DNA of 64,000 nt, taken from NCBI GenBank assembly GCA_963664225.1, contig OY760937.1:768001-832000 (forward strand), read 5' to 3'. Made by a program: the position numbers and the translations under genes. Source of the stretch: Verrucomicrobiia bacterium (GTDB taxonomy: Bacteria > Verrucomicrobiota > Verrucomicrobiia > Limisphaerales > UBA1319). Under the pieces are notes generated by a model. The model saw only the letters and a program-made list of their open reading frames with translations, had not been told where the DNA came from and made no database searches. This document shows, piece by piece, positions 1 to 9,611 of this stretch. How positions within the stretch are numbered: position 1 is the stretch's first letter; each line of letters starts with the position of its first letter.

Positions 1-1570
1 CGTAGAAGGCCTCTGCGTCATTGGCTTCAGCATGGGCCTTGAGTTTGGGAAGGCCTCGGGCAATCAGGCGCTCGACCTCGATCTGGCGGCGCAAACGCGG
101 GTTGGCGCTGAGTTTGTCCGCTTGTTTTCGTCGCATCCAGACAATGCCCAATAGAATGACCGGGATGACTTGAATGGCCAGAAACCACGATTTGGCGGCC
201 AGGGGTGTTTGAACGAGGACCAAGGCGCCGGGTTTGGTCTTGATATTGACGATGTCCTGAGGTGATCCAGATTTGTCCGAGTCCGCCGCATTGGCATTGG
301 CCACCATGGCAGGTAGGGCTGTGTTTGCAGACGAGCGCACCTGCAAGGGAAACGGACCTTGCCGCAGACTTCGAAAGCTTTTGGTCGCCGGGTCGAAGTA
401 GCTGAAAACGATCTCGGGCAGGGCCTTGATTTCAGGGGATTGGGGGATGGCTGCAAACTCGAATGACTTGCTGCCTTCCACGCCCAAGGTATCGGTTGGC
501 TCAATTTTTATTGAAGGGGGATAGGTTTTAAAGGATTTCCAATTCTCAAAAGAGGCCAGGTTGAGCGAGTCGAGGGAACCCTGGCCGGTGATTTTGATTT
601 TTACGGTGATTGGGTCGCCCACAGCCAGATTCGTCGGGCCTGCGGTTGCGGTCATGGAGAAGGAACCGACAGCGCCGTTGAATTCCGGTGGCACATTCGC
701 GGTTGGCAATGGCAGAACGCGGATCGTGTTGGTTTCGCTGGTCAGGTTGACTTGACGCAATTGGGCGCGCTGCCCGAAAAATCCAAACGGATCGTTGAAG
801 GGATCACCACGGCGCTGTTGCCGGGCCTGCGGAATGACGAGGGTGAGGGGGCATTGCGCCGGACCGAGGGTCAAATCGCCGGTTTTGGTCGGCATGACGG
901 TTGTTTTGAAAACGATCAGGTGATAGGGCTGGTTGCCGACTTGAGTGGAAGTTTGGATCACCTGTGGAGTTTTGCTTAAAACGAAACCGTCCGCCTGCAG
1001 TTGGGGCATTTGCTGGTCCTGGGCATTTAAATAATAGAGCTGAATATCCACAGGCAGCACTTCACCCATGTAGATTTCATTTTTGGGTGTCAGCAATTTT
1101 AAGAACGCCAACTGAGGTCCCGCATTCGTATTCGCCGGGTCCGGGGCTCCCGCCGGCAGCACTTTCAAACGCAGCGGCTTGCTGTCAAATGTCTGGCTCC
1201 CGGAAGTGAATCTGAGCACGGGAATGACATAATCCCCGGCCTGGATGGGAGTGAGAACATAACTGAAGATCACCGTGGATGTGGATTGGCCGTTGACGAA
1301 AGAATACTGGCTGGTTTGACCTCCGTATCTGGCGTTAAGGGCTGGAGGCAGATTTACGCTGGGGGCAGATTTTACATCAATTCCCTCAAACGAGAGAGAC
1401 AGGGTGACGCTTTCGCCCGCAGTCATCGTATCACGATCCAGGGAGGCGGTCAGACCGGGGGCGGCATTCGCGCAGACCACCAGAAACAGCACGGCGCAAG
1501 CCACCACCAGGGCGCGAAGCTTCACAAGCCAGGATTTTTGGAAACCCGGCTGACGGTCTGCAATGCCCAT
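1..1570 (-). CDS. BatD-family protein, 5' part (runs off the left edge)
   Basis: Manual translation from ATG 1570: signal peptide, then TASLDRDTMTAGESVTLSL...RVLPLPTANVPPEFNGAVGSF...VGDPITVKIKITGQG...FSYFDP. No stop in the part I translated; probably absent from the ORF track because it has no stop in the window. Confidence 0.85.
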   Translation of the reverse strand, partial: MGIADRQPGFQKSWLVKLRALVVACAVLFLVVCANAAPGLTASLDRDTMTAGESVTLSLSFEGIDVKSAPSVNLPPALNARYGGQTSQYSFVNGQSTSTVIFSYVLTPIQAGDYVIPVLRFTSGSQTFDSKPLRLKVLPAGAPDPANTNAGPQLAFLKLLTPKNEIYMGEVLPVDIQLYYLNAQDQQMPQLQADGFVLSKTPQVIQTSTQVGNQPYHLIVFKTTVMPTKTGDLTLGPAQCPLTLVIPQARQQRRGDPFNDPFGFFGQRAQLRQVNLTSETNTIRVLPLPTANVPPEFNGAVGSFSMTATAGPTNLAVGDPITVKIKITGQGSLDSLNLASFENWKSFKTYPPSIKIEPTDTLGVEGSKSFEFAAIPQSPEIKALPEIVFSYFDPATKSFRSLRQGPFPLQVRSSANTALPAMVANANAADSDKSGSPQDIVNIKTKPGALVLVQTPLAAKSWFLAIQVIPVILLGIVWMRRKQADKLSANPRLRRQIEVERLIARGLPKLKAHAEANDAEAFY

Positions 1571-1886
1571 GTTGTTTTGGCTTAACATCAACAAGGAGGA
1601 TTTTTGGGTTCCCGGCCTGCATGGTGCAAGCCAGAAATTCTGCGTTGACGGGGGGCTATTAATTATCTGCATTCCGATCTGCTGTTTTGGCGGGGTCAGG
1701 AAAGCGGAAACCGGCTCTGCCACCTGCGTTTGGGCGGCGTCAATTCAGACAGCCGATTTTACGGCCCTTGTCTTGCTCTTCCAGCAAGGATGACTCTTGC
1801 GCCGCAACCTATAGGCTGAATGATTGGAGCCCGTTCCGGGCTGGCTGGACTATACCGAAAGGGGAATGAACCTCTTTTCCAGACAT

Positions 1887-1935
1887 AAAAAAACGAACCA
1901 AACCGTGATTTGAACCCTTTCAAACCACGGTTTGG
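1887..1935 (-). terminator. Intrinsic terminator after the ice-binding protein gene
   Basis: Hairpin CCAAACCGTG(A)TTTGAA-CCCT-TTCAAA(C)CACGGTTTGG followed by a T-run on the minus strand. Confidence 0.7.
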
Positions 1936-1970
1936 CCCGGATGTGATTTCTTAGTTATCGGCTTTTGGCG

Positions 1971-2741
1971 TCAGTCATTGTGATGCCCCGAGACGGTTCC
2001 GCCGGGCTGAGTGACGGCATTCTTCTGTAAGGTTACAGCGGTTTGCGCCAGCGCCCGACCGCTCAGCACTGCGCCGGTGTTCATCGCAACCAATGTTTTG
2101 CACAGAATGATTCCCTTGAAGCTAGCCGTCGTTCCAATGGTCGTTTGGCCGCCGACCTGCCAGAAGACGTTCCTGGCCTGTGCGCCGCCCTTGAGAATAA
2201 TCTGGGCGCCGTTGCCCTCGGTGAGGTTGCCTGCAACCTGGAAGATCCAAACATCATTAGGGCCGCCGGAGAGAGTGACCACAATGGGAATCTGAAGCGA
2301 GCTGCTCCATTTGTAGAGACCCGGAAGGATTGTCATTCCGTTAATATTTCCCGCACCCAGTTCGGTCGCGGTGGGGTTGCTACGCCCGGCGGCGTCGGTG
2401 TAAGCGGTTTGCATGTTGAGGACTGCTGTGGCCAACAAGGCCGGGGCGATGACCGCGCAGGGAGCAGGACCCGCCGCATCGACCGCGTATATTATGCCAG
2501 ACACTTCTGTGCATTTTACAAGGATCGCCGCACCGGTGATAGGGCTGGACCCAATGTTTCCAACAATGGCTGAAGCCGGGACGTCGGTGATTCCGGATTT
2601 CGATAAAATCACGAAATTACCCGCCGATCCGAGTTGGACTGGCGCCGGTCCGCGACCCAGAGTGGCCGCCGTGCCGTAGGAGGGGCTGCAAAGCAGCGCA
2701 GACAGCGCGGCCAACAGAACTAAACTTTTTGTACTTTTCAT
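1971..2741 (-). CDS. Secreted ice-binding-like protein (DUF3494)
   Basis: Signal peptide; motifs FVILSKSGIT, AYTDAAGR, PGLYKW, VWIFQ, ARNVFWQV, GRALAQTAVTL. Confidence 0.9.
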   Translation of the reverse strand: MKSTKSLVLLAALSALLCSPSYGTAATLGRGPAPVQLGSAGNFVILSKSGITDVPASAIVGNIGSSPITGAAILVKCTEVSGIIYAVDAAGPAPCAVIAPALLATAVLNMQTAYTDAAGRSNPTATELGAGNINGMTILPGLYKWSSSLQIPIVVTLSGGPNDVWIFQVAGNLTEGNGAQIILKGGAQARNVFWQVGGQTTIGTTASFKGIILCKTLVAMNTGAVLSGRALAQTAVTLQKNAVTQPGGTVSGHHND

Positions 2742-3119
2742 ATCAACTAACTTTGACTTAGTGCCTTATTGGGGTCACGTCGTCACAATAAGAGCAGCGC
2801 TGGGGCTGTCCATGGGGGGATTCACCCCCTGGCGGCCCCGTCCCAGTGTGGCTGAAAATGGCGATGTGAACGGGTTGCCAGCAGGGGAAGGCCGATGGGT
2901 TTCAATGTGGGAACAGGCTATTTTGTGGGCATTCAGGGGCTGAAACGTGCTTTCAGCCCGTGTCGTGTTTTTGTCCGGTTAACCTTGGACCATTGACCCA
3001 AGCGCAGGGCAAAGTTCTCCTGGAGGAAGGCTGGCGTTTCAAAGCACGGATGGATGACAGGAATCTTCTGGCAACCCCTCCCTCCAGCTCCCTTGTATCT
3101 GATTTTCCATCTATTCTTG

Positions 3120-3325
3120 TTTTGTTTGAAAAGACGGAATAGATGGAACTGTCCTGCCGCCTGCAGGCGGCAGGACAGTGGCGCGAACGAGCTCGCCATT
3201 CCCTGGCATTGGTTTACAGCCAAATGCGTCGGGAGCCAGAGCCGTTCGTGTCTGTGTCCTAAACTCGAACCGTTGCTTGAGCGGCCTACCAAGTCCTGCT
3301 CGTATTTACAAGAAAGAGCCAGAAC
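3120..3325 (+). ncRNA. Putative IS110 bridge RNA (boundaries approximate)
   Basis: 5' hairpin 3149-3178; target loop CCATTCCCT (3196-3204)/GGGAG (3231-3235); donor loop ACCGTTGCT (3269-3277)/TACAAG (3307-3312) matching the circle junction. Confidence 0.75.
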
Positions 3326-3328
3326 ACT

Positions 3329-4255
3329 ATGACCACTATCTACGCTGGCTTGGATATTGCCAAGCTGAGTCTTGATCTCCACCTGGCCGGTCGTTCCCAC
3401 GATCTGCCCAATACCGCCGCCGGTCATCGCCAGCTCGTCGGACTCCTGGCGCAGCATCCGGGCGCTCACGTCATCTGTGAAGCCACGGGCGGCTATGAGC
3501 GTGAGGTGGCTGACGCCCTCCATCATGCCAGCATTCCTGTCAGCATCATCAATCCCGCCCGCGTCCGGCATTTCGCCCGCGCCCAGGGACAACGGGCCAA
3601 AACCGACCGTATTGATGCCGCTGTCCTCTCCGCCTATGGGCAGGCCTTTGCCCCCAAACCCACGCCGGCGCGTTCCGAGGTGGAGGTGCAGTTGACCGAA
3701 CTGGTTCGTCGCCGCAACCAGGTCCTTGAACTGCTCTTTGCCCAACGCAATCAGGCCGAACGCCTCACGCTGCCCAAGTTGCGCCGCCAGGCCCAGAGCT
3801 TGGTGCATCGTTTGGAGCGGGATGTGCAGGGAATCGAAACCCAACTCAAAGCGCTGCGCCAGAAAACCACAGAATTGGATGAGCGCGCAAAGAAACTCGA
3901 GGCTATTACTGGGGTGGGCACAATTACCGCCTTGGCTGTTTTGGCTGAGCTGCCCGAGCTGGGCACGCTCAATCGGGGGCAGGCCGCCGCCTTGGCCGGA
4001 CTGGCTCCACATCCCCGAGAAAGCGGGCAGTGGCAAGGCCGTCGCTCCATCGGTGGCGGAAGAGCCGCCGTTAGACGTGCCCTCTACATGGCTGCCATGG
4101 TCGCTGCGCGCTGCAATCGCCAACTCAAGGAGTTCTACAAACGACTCCGATCGGCGGGCAAGCCCGCCAAAGTCGCGTTCACCGCCGTCATGCGCAAACT
4201 CATTGTTCTGATGAACCAAATCCTCAAAAATCCACATTTTGAACTCTCAAATTAA
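3329..4255 (+). CDS. IS110-family recombinase/transposase
   Basis: DEDD RuvC-like motifs GLDIAK, EATGGYE, KTDRIDA; C-terminal ESG motif; GRAAVRRALYMAA. Confidence 0.95.
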   Translation: MTTIYAGLDIAKLSLDLHLAGRSHDLPNTAAGHRQLVGLLAQHPGAHVICEATGGYEREVADALHHASIPVSIINPARVRHFARAQGQRAKTDRIDAAVLSAYGQAFAPKPTPARSEVEVQLTELVRRRNQVLELLFAQRNQAERLTLPKLRRQAQSLVHRLERDVQGIETQLKALRQKTTELDERAKKLEAITGVGTITALAVLAELPELGTLNRGQAAALAGLAPHPRESGQWQGRRSIGGGRAAVRRALYMAAMVAARCNRQLKEFYKRLRSAGKPAKVAFTAVMRKLIVLMNQILKNPHFELSN

Positions 4256-4551
4256 ATACCGTTGCTCCCCGCTCGTGCCTCGCAGGGCGGGAGAGAAGAT
4301 ATGCGCCCATTCGGTTCACTCGGTTGGTTGGGGCAATTCTCCAGACGTCGGGCGGGGGCACCCGACACGATCAATGACGAACCCCCGTATATACTTTCAT
4401 GGCGTTTCAAGGGTTTTTCCAGTTTGCCAGAGATTTTTGTCCGGCGCCGCATTGACCCGGGCTGGTACGGAGCCGCGGTGTTGGCGATGGGACTTCGGCC
4501 ATAAGATTCACGCGGCGGCACAATGGCGCCGAGGGTGATGATCGAAATGAC

Positions 4552-6390
4552 TTAATCCTCCCAGCCGATTTTGCGGCCCTTGTTTTGCTCTTCCAGCCAG
4601 GACATGAGGGGTTTGAAATATTCGACCATGGCGCGAGTGGAGAGGTCCTCCCCGGTGGCGTCATGGAGGACTTTACGCCAATCCTGGGTGCCGCCTTTTT
4701 CCATGATGCTCTTCAAGAAAGCGCCGGTTTCCTTGCTGTTGGCGTAGTTGCAGGATTGGGGTGGCTGCTTGAGAATGTTGCGCGCGATGTAATCGTTGAA
4801 TTGGAATTTCAGGACGGTTGCCACGGCATAATTGAAGTAATAAGCGGGGGCATCGTTGATGTGGGTCTTGGTGGCGGCGTCGCAATATTCCTCTCCGCGG
4901 TCCGCGGGCGATTCCACGCCCTGATAATCGCGGACGAATTTCCACCAGCGCGCGTTCCACTTTTCCGGAGGCAGGTTTTTGGCATACACCTCGGCTTCCC
5001 AATGTGTGATGGTGCCGGAACTCCAGAAAATGAAGGGAACGGTGTTGGCCAGGGCGTCGTTGAGGAGAAAGGCGGTTTGGTCCACCTGATAATCCTGGGG
5101 CAGCACGCCGACGGTCTTGAGATAGGGGGCCTGGCCGCAGGCCATGGAAATCAATTCGCCCATGCCTTCGTGAAAACCGGTGTTGGCTCCCAACCGGAGC
5201 AGGGGCGGCACTTCAGGGCGGGAATAGGACATGAAATAATAGGCGTGGCCCAATTCGTGGTGGGCTGTTTCAAACCACTGCCAGTTGGGTTCCACGCTCA
5301 TCAGCGAGCGAATGTCACGATCCAGATCGACGTGCCAGCAGGAGCCGTGGGTGTTCTTTTTGCGTGTGGCGTTGGGAGGGAGGGGATAGAGGTCCGATAA
5401 TTTCCAAAAACTTTCCGGCAGGGAAGGGAAGCCAATGCCGGTGTAAAACTTTTCAGCCGTCTTCATGATCCACTCGGGGGACTTGTCCTTGAGGCGGTCG
5501 TCGAAATTCGCGCCTTCGACCAGGCCAACCCAATTCTGGCTCCAGCGGTTATTCAGCCAATGGGCGGGGATTCGATTGGGCACGGGCTGACCGTATTTTT
5601 TGGCGAGTTCATATTTGACCCAGGTGTGGAGTTGCAGATACAGCGGCTTCAAATCCCGCATGAAATCATCCTGGAGACGCAGCATTTCATCGGTGGACAT
5701 GCCATAGCTGGCGACCTGGAGGGTGAAATAGTCATTGAAACCAAGTTCGCGGGCCACGCCGTTGCGCAGCTTTTGCAGTTCAATGAGGCCGGGTTTGAGG
5801 GCGGGGCCGGATTGTTTGGAGGCTTCCCAGACCGCGCGGCGCCCGGCCAGATTGGTGCTGGAGTTGAGAAGATTGTCGATTTCGTTAGCGGTGATGGGCT
5901 TGCCGTCCAATTTAAAAACGAAGGAATTCAAGGTGGAGGCCTGACGTGTTTCGGCGGCAATGCGTTCGGTGGCAAGGGCCGGATTGGTCATTGGGGCCTC
6001 GGCGGCGTTCAAAAGAACCCGTTCCAGCTCAATCACGGTCATGGGTGTTAAATCCTTGCGATCCTTGAGCAATTCGCGGGCCTCCTCGATGATTTTTGGG
6101 TTTCCCGCAAAGGCGGCGCGTGATTTGCCGGCGGTTTCCGAGGCGGCGTCATGCACCGGGGAGACATCGGTGGCGGCCAGCCATTGCGCCTGGCTCTCCA
6201 CGCGATAAACCGCCTGCCAGGTGGCATTGACCAGACCGAGAAATTCAGAGGCGCGTTCCTGAGGTGTCATGGCATGGGTGGGCGGAATCATGGCAAACAG
6301 CATGGATGAAACCGTTGATATCCAAGCGTATCGGAGGATGTGTTTCACACTCATGGACGCCAACCTAAACCGTTTCTGACGGGAATCCAA
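4552..6390 (-). CDS. M2-family metallopeptidase (ACE-like peptidyl-dipeptidase A); true start probably downstream
   Basis: HHELGH zinc motif, GANTGFHEGMGE, DAATKTHI. Confidence 0.9.
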   Translation of the reverse strand: MDSRQKRFRLASMSVKHILRYAWISTVSSMLFAMIPPTHAMTPQERASEFLGLVNATWQAVYRVESQAQWLAATDVSPVHDAASETAGKSRAAFAGNPKIIEEARELLKDRKDLTPMTVIELERVLLNAAEAPMTNPALATERIAAETRQASTLNSFVFKLDGKPITANEIDNLLNSSTNLAGRRAVWEASKQSGPALKPGLIELQKLRNGVARELGFNDYFTLQVASYGMSTDEMLRLQDDFMRDLKPLYLQLHTWVKYELAKKYGQPVPNRIPAHWLNNRWSQNWVGLVEGANFDDRLKDKSPEWIMKTAEKFYTGIGFPSLPESFWKLSDLYPLPPNATRKKNTHGSCWHVDLDRDIRSLMSVEPNWQWFETAHHELGHAYYFMSYSRPEVPPLLRLGANTGFHEGMGELISMACGQAPYLKTVGVLPQDYQVDQTAFLLNDALANTVPFIFWSSGTITHWEAEVYAKNLPPEKWNARWWKFVRDYQGVESPADRGEEYCDAATKTHINDAPAYYFNYAVATVLKFQFNDYIARNILKQPPQSCNYANSKETGAFLKSIMEKGGTQDWRKVLHDATGEDLSTRAMVEYFKPLMSWLEEQNKGRKIGWED

Positions 6391-6493
6391 GGCTAAACCG
6401 GCAACGGACCCATTCGCGATTTCGAATAAAAAGCGGTTCTAAAAATGTTGCAATAAACGAGGGAGACCCGCAGAATAGGCCCATCTACCTTGT

Positions 6494-6581
6494 GGAGAGG
6501 TGGCAGAGCGGTTGATCGCGCGCGCTTGGAAAGCGCGTTTACAGCAATGTAACGGGGGTTCGAATCCCCCCCTCTCCGCCA
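6494..6581 (+). tRNA. tRNA-Ser(GGA)
   Basis: Acceptor GGAGAGG/CCTCTCC, anticodon arm CGCGC-TTGGAAA-GCGCG, long variable arm, GGTTCGAATCC, CCA. Confidence 0.95.
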
Positions 6582-6626
6582 GTTTGCTTTTTTCGCATTT
6601 TCGCGCTCAGCAAGGCCTCTGTCGGG

Positions 6627-8630
6627 TTATTTTTCAGACTGATTCAACCGAACCGGGCGATACAATAATTGGTCATCCTTCCAGTCAGATTCACGGCTTT
6701 CGGATTGGCGCAGCCAGACGGTTTGTTTCGCCAAACCCCGGTTTGCCAGGGCGTAGAAGGGGATTCCGACCCATGAGCGGTCTTCGCTGATTTTTGCGGT
6801 GATGACTTGAATGCCATTGAGCAAGTCAGGGCGGGATTCGACCTGGAACCGGGGTTTGGCGGGGAGCGTTATTTCGGCCTCGCCATTGTTATCCAGACTC
6901 TCGGTTCCATAAACGAGCGGCCCGCGTTGAATGGCAACGCGACCGCGATTGGCGAGCACTTTTGGATGCGCTTCGATCAATTCCACCGGCATGGGAAATT
7001 CGAATTCAATGCGATCCCCGGATTGCCATTTCCGGTCAATGACCCAATAGCCTTTTTCAAAATCCGGACTTTTCAACGGCTCGCCATTCAAGCTGAGGCT
7101 GGTTGAAGTGGTCCATCCGGGATTGCGAAGAAAGAGTTTGAACGATGTGGCCTGGTCCGGGTGAACCGTGAGTTTGACATGGCCATTCCAAGGGTAATCG
7201 GTTTCCTGAACCAAGCGGACCTGGCGGTCTTTGAGGCGGATTTGTGCGGTGCTGCCCGCGTATAAATTAAGGTAAATGCCCGCGTCCGATTGCGCATAGA
7301 GATATTCAGGCATGCGCAACAAGGTGCGCGAAAGACAAGGCGGGCAACAGACCCAGCAGTTGTCGCGCGCATGATTTTCATCGTGCAGAAGATTGCGGTA
7401 ATAGGTGTTGGTGCCATCGAGAGAAATGCCATGCAGGGCGGTGTTGTATAACACCCGTTCCATCACATCGATGCTGGAGGCTTCGCCATCGATGCGGAAC
7501 ATGCTTTCAGCAAAGTTGATCATTCCACAGGCCGCGCACGATTCGGCATACCCCCCCTGGTTGGGCAGGTCGTAGTCGGGACCGAATCCCTCGTCTTTCT
7601 CCTGAGAGCCGACGCCGCCGGTGACATACATTTTTCGCAGGGTGGCGCTTTGCCAGAGGCGGCGGGCGGCGGCCTGCAATTCCAGATCGCCGGATTCAAG
7701 ACCCGCCTCGGCAACGCCATTTGCGTAAAACAGGGCGCGCACGGCGTGGCCGGTGATTTCATTGACCTTGCGAATGGGCAAATGATCCATGAAATAGATG
7801 CGGGGGGTTTCGCTCGTATAGGCCCAAGGCTTGCCGCGGCGCTCAATCCAATCCCGGGACAGGTCCAGGTAGCGTTTTTCACCGGTCACCCGGTAAAGGC
7901 GCACCAGGGCCAGTTCGAGTTCGGCGTGTCCGCAAACGCCTTCGTGTTTTTCGGTGATAAAATAGCGGTAGATGTGGTCCGCGACGCCCTGGGCCACATG
8001 CAGGAAATTGGTTTTGCCGGTGGACTGATAATGGGCCACAGCCGCTTCAATCAGGTGGCCGGCCACATAGCCGTCATGCTGGCCGTCGAGATTGGCCCAG
8101 GGGATTTTGTTGCGGACGGTGATGAGGGCGTTGCAATAGCCATTGGTCTGTTGCGCGGCGGCCATTGCGGAGATGATGGTGTCGAGATGCCGATCCAGCT
8201 CGGGATTGGACTCCTGCGCGAGGGCATACGCGGCGGTTTCCAGGACCTTGTGCAAATTGGCCTGGTTCCACGGGGTGTCTTCGCCGCGTTTTATCTTTAT
8301 CCAGCCTGCGGCAATTTCGTTGTCCTCAATTTCCTTCTGCACGTATTGCCAGGAATGGGGGATGGTTTTTTCGCGATAAATCTTGAGTTTTGGCGCCCAA
8401 AAGGAATCGGTCACGCGGACGTCAATCTGTGGCACCGGCTGGCGCCGGCCTGCAGTGATCTCAGCGCGTTGGTTGGGAATCCCGGCAGCAGAGACCGTCA
8501 AGGGGCCCATCAAACCCAGACCCAAGAAAAGTGGGGCGAAGCAAAAAATGCTCATAAAGCATCCGCAGAGGATTCCTGACATTCGTTTCATTTTCTCAAT
8601 TGTGTTTGCAGGTGTGGAACGATGCCTCAA
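6627..8630 (-). CDS. GH127 beta-L-arabinofuranosidase-like glycoside hydrolase
   Basis: GHLIEAAVA, GHAELELAL, GHAVRA, YAESCAACG, CCPP motifs. Confidence 0.9.
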   Translation of the reverse strand: MRHRSTPANTIEKMKRMSGILCGCFMSIFCFAPLFLGLGLMGPLTVSAAGIPNQRAEITAGRRQPVPQIDVRVTDSFWAPKLKIYREKTIPHSWQYVQKEIEDNEIAAGWIKIKRGEDTPWNQANLHKVLETAAYALAQESNPELDRHLDTIISAMAAAQQTNGYCNALITVRNKIPWANLDGQHDGYVAGHLIEAAVAHYQSTGKTNFLHVAQGVADHIYRYFITEKHEGVCGHAELELALVRLYRVTGEKRYLDLSRDWIERRGKPWAYTSETPRIYFMDHLPIRKVNEITGHAVRALFYANGVAEAGLESGDLELQAAARRLWQSATLRKMYVTGGVGSQEKDEGFGPDYDLPNQGGYAESCAACGMINFAESMFRIDGEASSIDVMERVLYNTALHGISLDGTNTYYRNLLHDENHARDNCWVCCPPCLSRTLLRMPEYLYAQSDAGIYLNLYAGSTAQIRLKDRQVRLVQETDYPWNGHVKLTVHPDQATSFKLFLRNPGWTTSTSLSLNGEPLKSPDFEKGYWVIDRKWQSGDRIEFEFPMPVELIEAHPKVLANRGRVAIQRGPLVYGTESLDNNGEAEITLPAKPRFQVESRPDLLNGIQVITAKISEDRSWVGIPFYALANRGLAKQTVWLRQSESRESDWKDDQLLYRPVRLNQSEK

Positions 8631-8838
8631 GCCTTATGTCAAGCGGTTGCGTTGTCGAATCAATTCGGCGTTACCGATGGTGAATTCGGGAGGGCGTTTT
8701 GGTGTGGCAGATGAGGGAAAACAAGGTCTGAAAGCGGTTGCTGGCCACAAGAAATATTCTCATTTGCGGTTCTGAATTCACTCTTCCGCATTTCAGGCTT
8801 GCCTTTTCAGGCTGCGGCAGGTTGATTTGAGACACTAT

Positions 8839-9609
8839 ATGAGTTCCGATGTCACCCAAACGGCAGGGTTTTATGACTTTTTAGCCTGGCTTGAAGTCAA
8901 TAAGAAGCGGGTAGTCACCATCATTGCGGTGGTGGCTGTTTTGGCGTTGGCCATTTCTTATGTGATTTATAACAAAAATCAACGGGAAATCGCCGCAGAC
9001 GCCGCTTTGTTAAAGCTCGGAATGCCCCTGACGCAATCCGGCGCCGCGCCCACCGCAACCGCCAAGGACTTTGAAAAGGTGGCGATCGATTTTGCGGGGA
9101 CCGGAGCGGCCGAGCGCGCCACGCTCCAAAGCGCGGGACTTCTCTTCTCCGAGGGCCAGTATTCTGAGGCGCTCAATCAATTTAAGAAATTCCAATCCGT
9201 TTACGGATCCGGTCGAATGGCGGGCATCGCCGCAATCGGAGTTGCCGCCTGTTTGGAGGCTCAAACGAATAAGACGGATGAGGCCGTCACCGCCTACAAA
9301 GACGTGCTGGCACGGTATCCCTCGGAAAGCGTTGCCGGACAAGCCCGGATTGCCCTGGGTCGGATTTATGAGGCCAAAAAGCAGCCGGATGTGGCGCTCA
9401 AGTATTACGACGAAGTTTTGAAGAGCAGCGCGCGCTCCGGCTGGGCCAGCGAGGCGGGCCAGTTTCGCGAAATGCTCCTGGCGAAGAATCCCAATCTGGT
9501 TACCAACACCGTTCCCGCAGCGGTGAAGTTGGCGCCTGAGATGAAAGCAGCTCCCGCACTCACGAATGCCCTGAAGTCGGTCAATGCCGCCACAAACACC
9601 GCGAAGTAA
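8839..9609 (+). CDS. Membrane-anchored TPR protein (YfgM-like)
   Basis: N-terminal TM helix followed by TPR-like helices. Confidence 0.7.
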   Translation: MSSDVTQTAGFYDFLAWLEVNKKRVVTIIAVVAVLALAISYVIYNKNQREIAADAALLKLGMPLTQSGAAPTATAKDFEKVAIDFAGTGAAERATLQSAGLLFSEGQYSEALNQFKKFQSVYGSGRMAGIAAIGVAACLEAQTNKTDEAVTAYKDVLARYPSESVAGQARIALGRIYEAKKQPDVALKYYDEVLKSSARSGWASEAGQFREMLLAKNPNLVTNTVPAAVKLAPEMKAAPALTNALKSVNAATNTAK

Positions 9610-9611
9610 CC

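Larger units (their letters stand above)
3094..4266 (+). mobile_element. IS110-family element (IS621-like, CT core) inserted in a REP-like repeat
   Basis: Flanks CCAGCTCC-CT|TGTAT...ACCGTTG-CT|CCCCGCTCG reconstitute the uninterrupted repeat at 33462-33500; no TIRs. Confidence 0.9.

Noticed and set aside
1..1570. Apparent ORF-poor region or pseudogene
   Set aside because: A continuous minus-strand BatD-like frame runs towards the window edge; the short track ORFs are shadows.
2933..4237. 434-aa minus-strand ORF (and similar long antisense ORFs, e.g. 21042-22217, 45017-46033)
   Set aside because: Antisense shadows of well-supported genes in GC-rich DNA, with no motifs.
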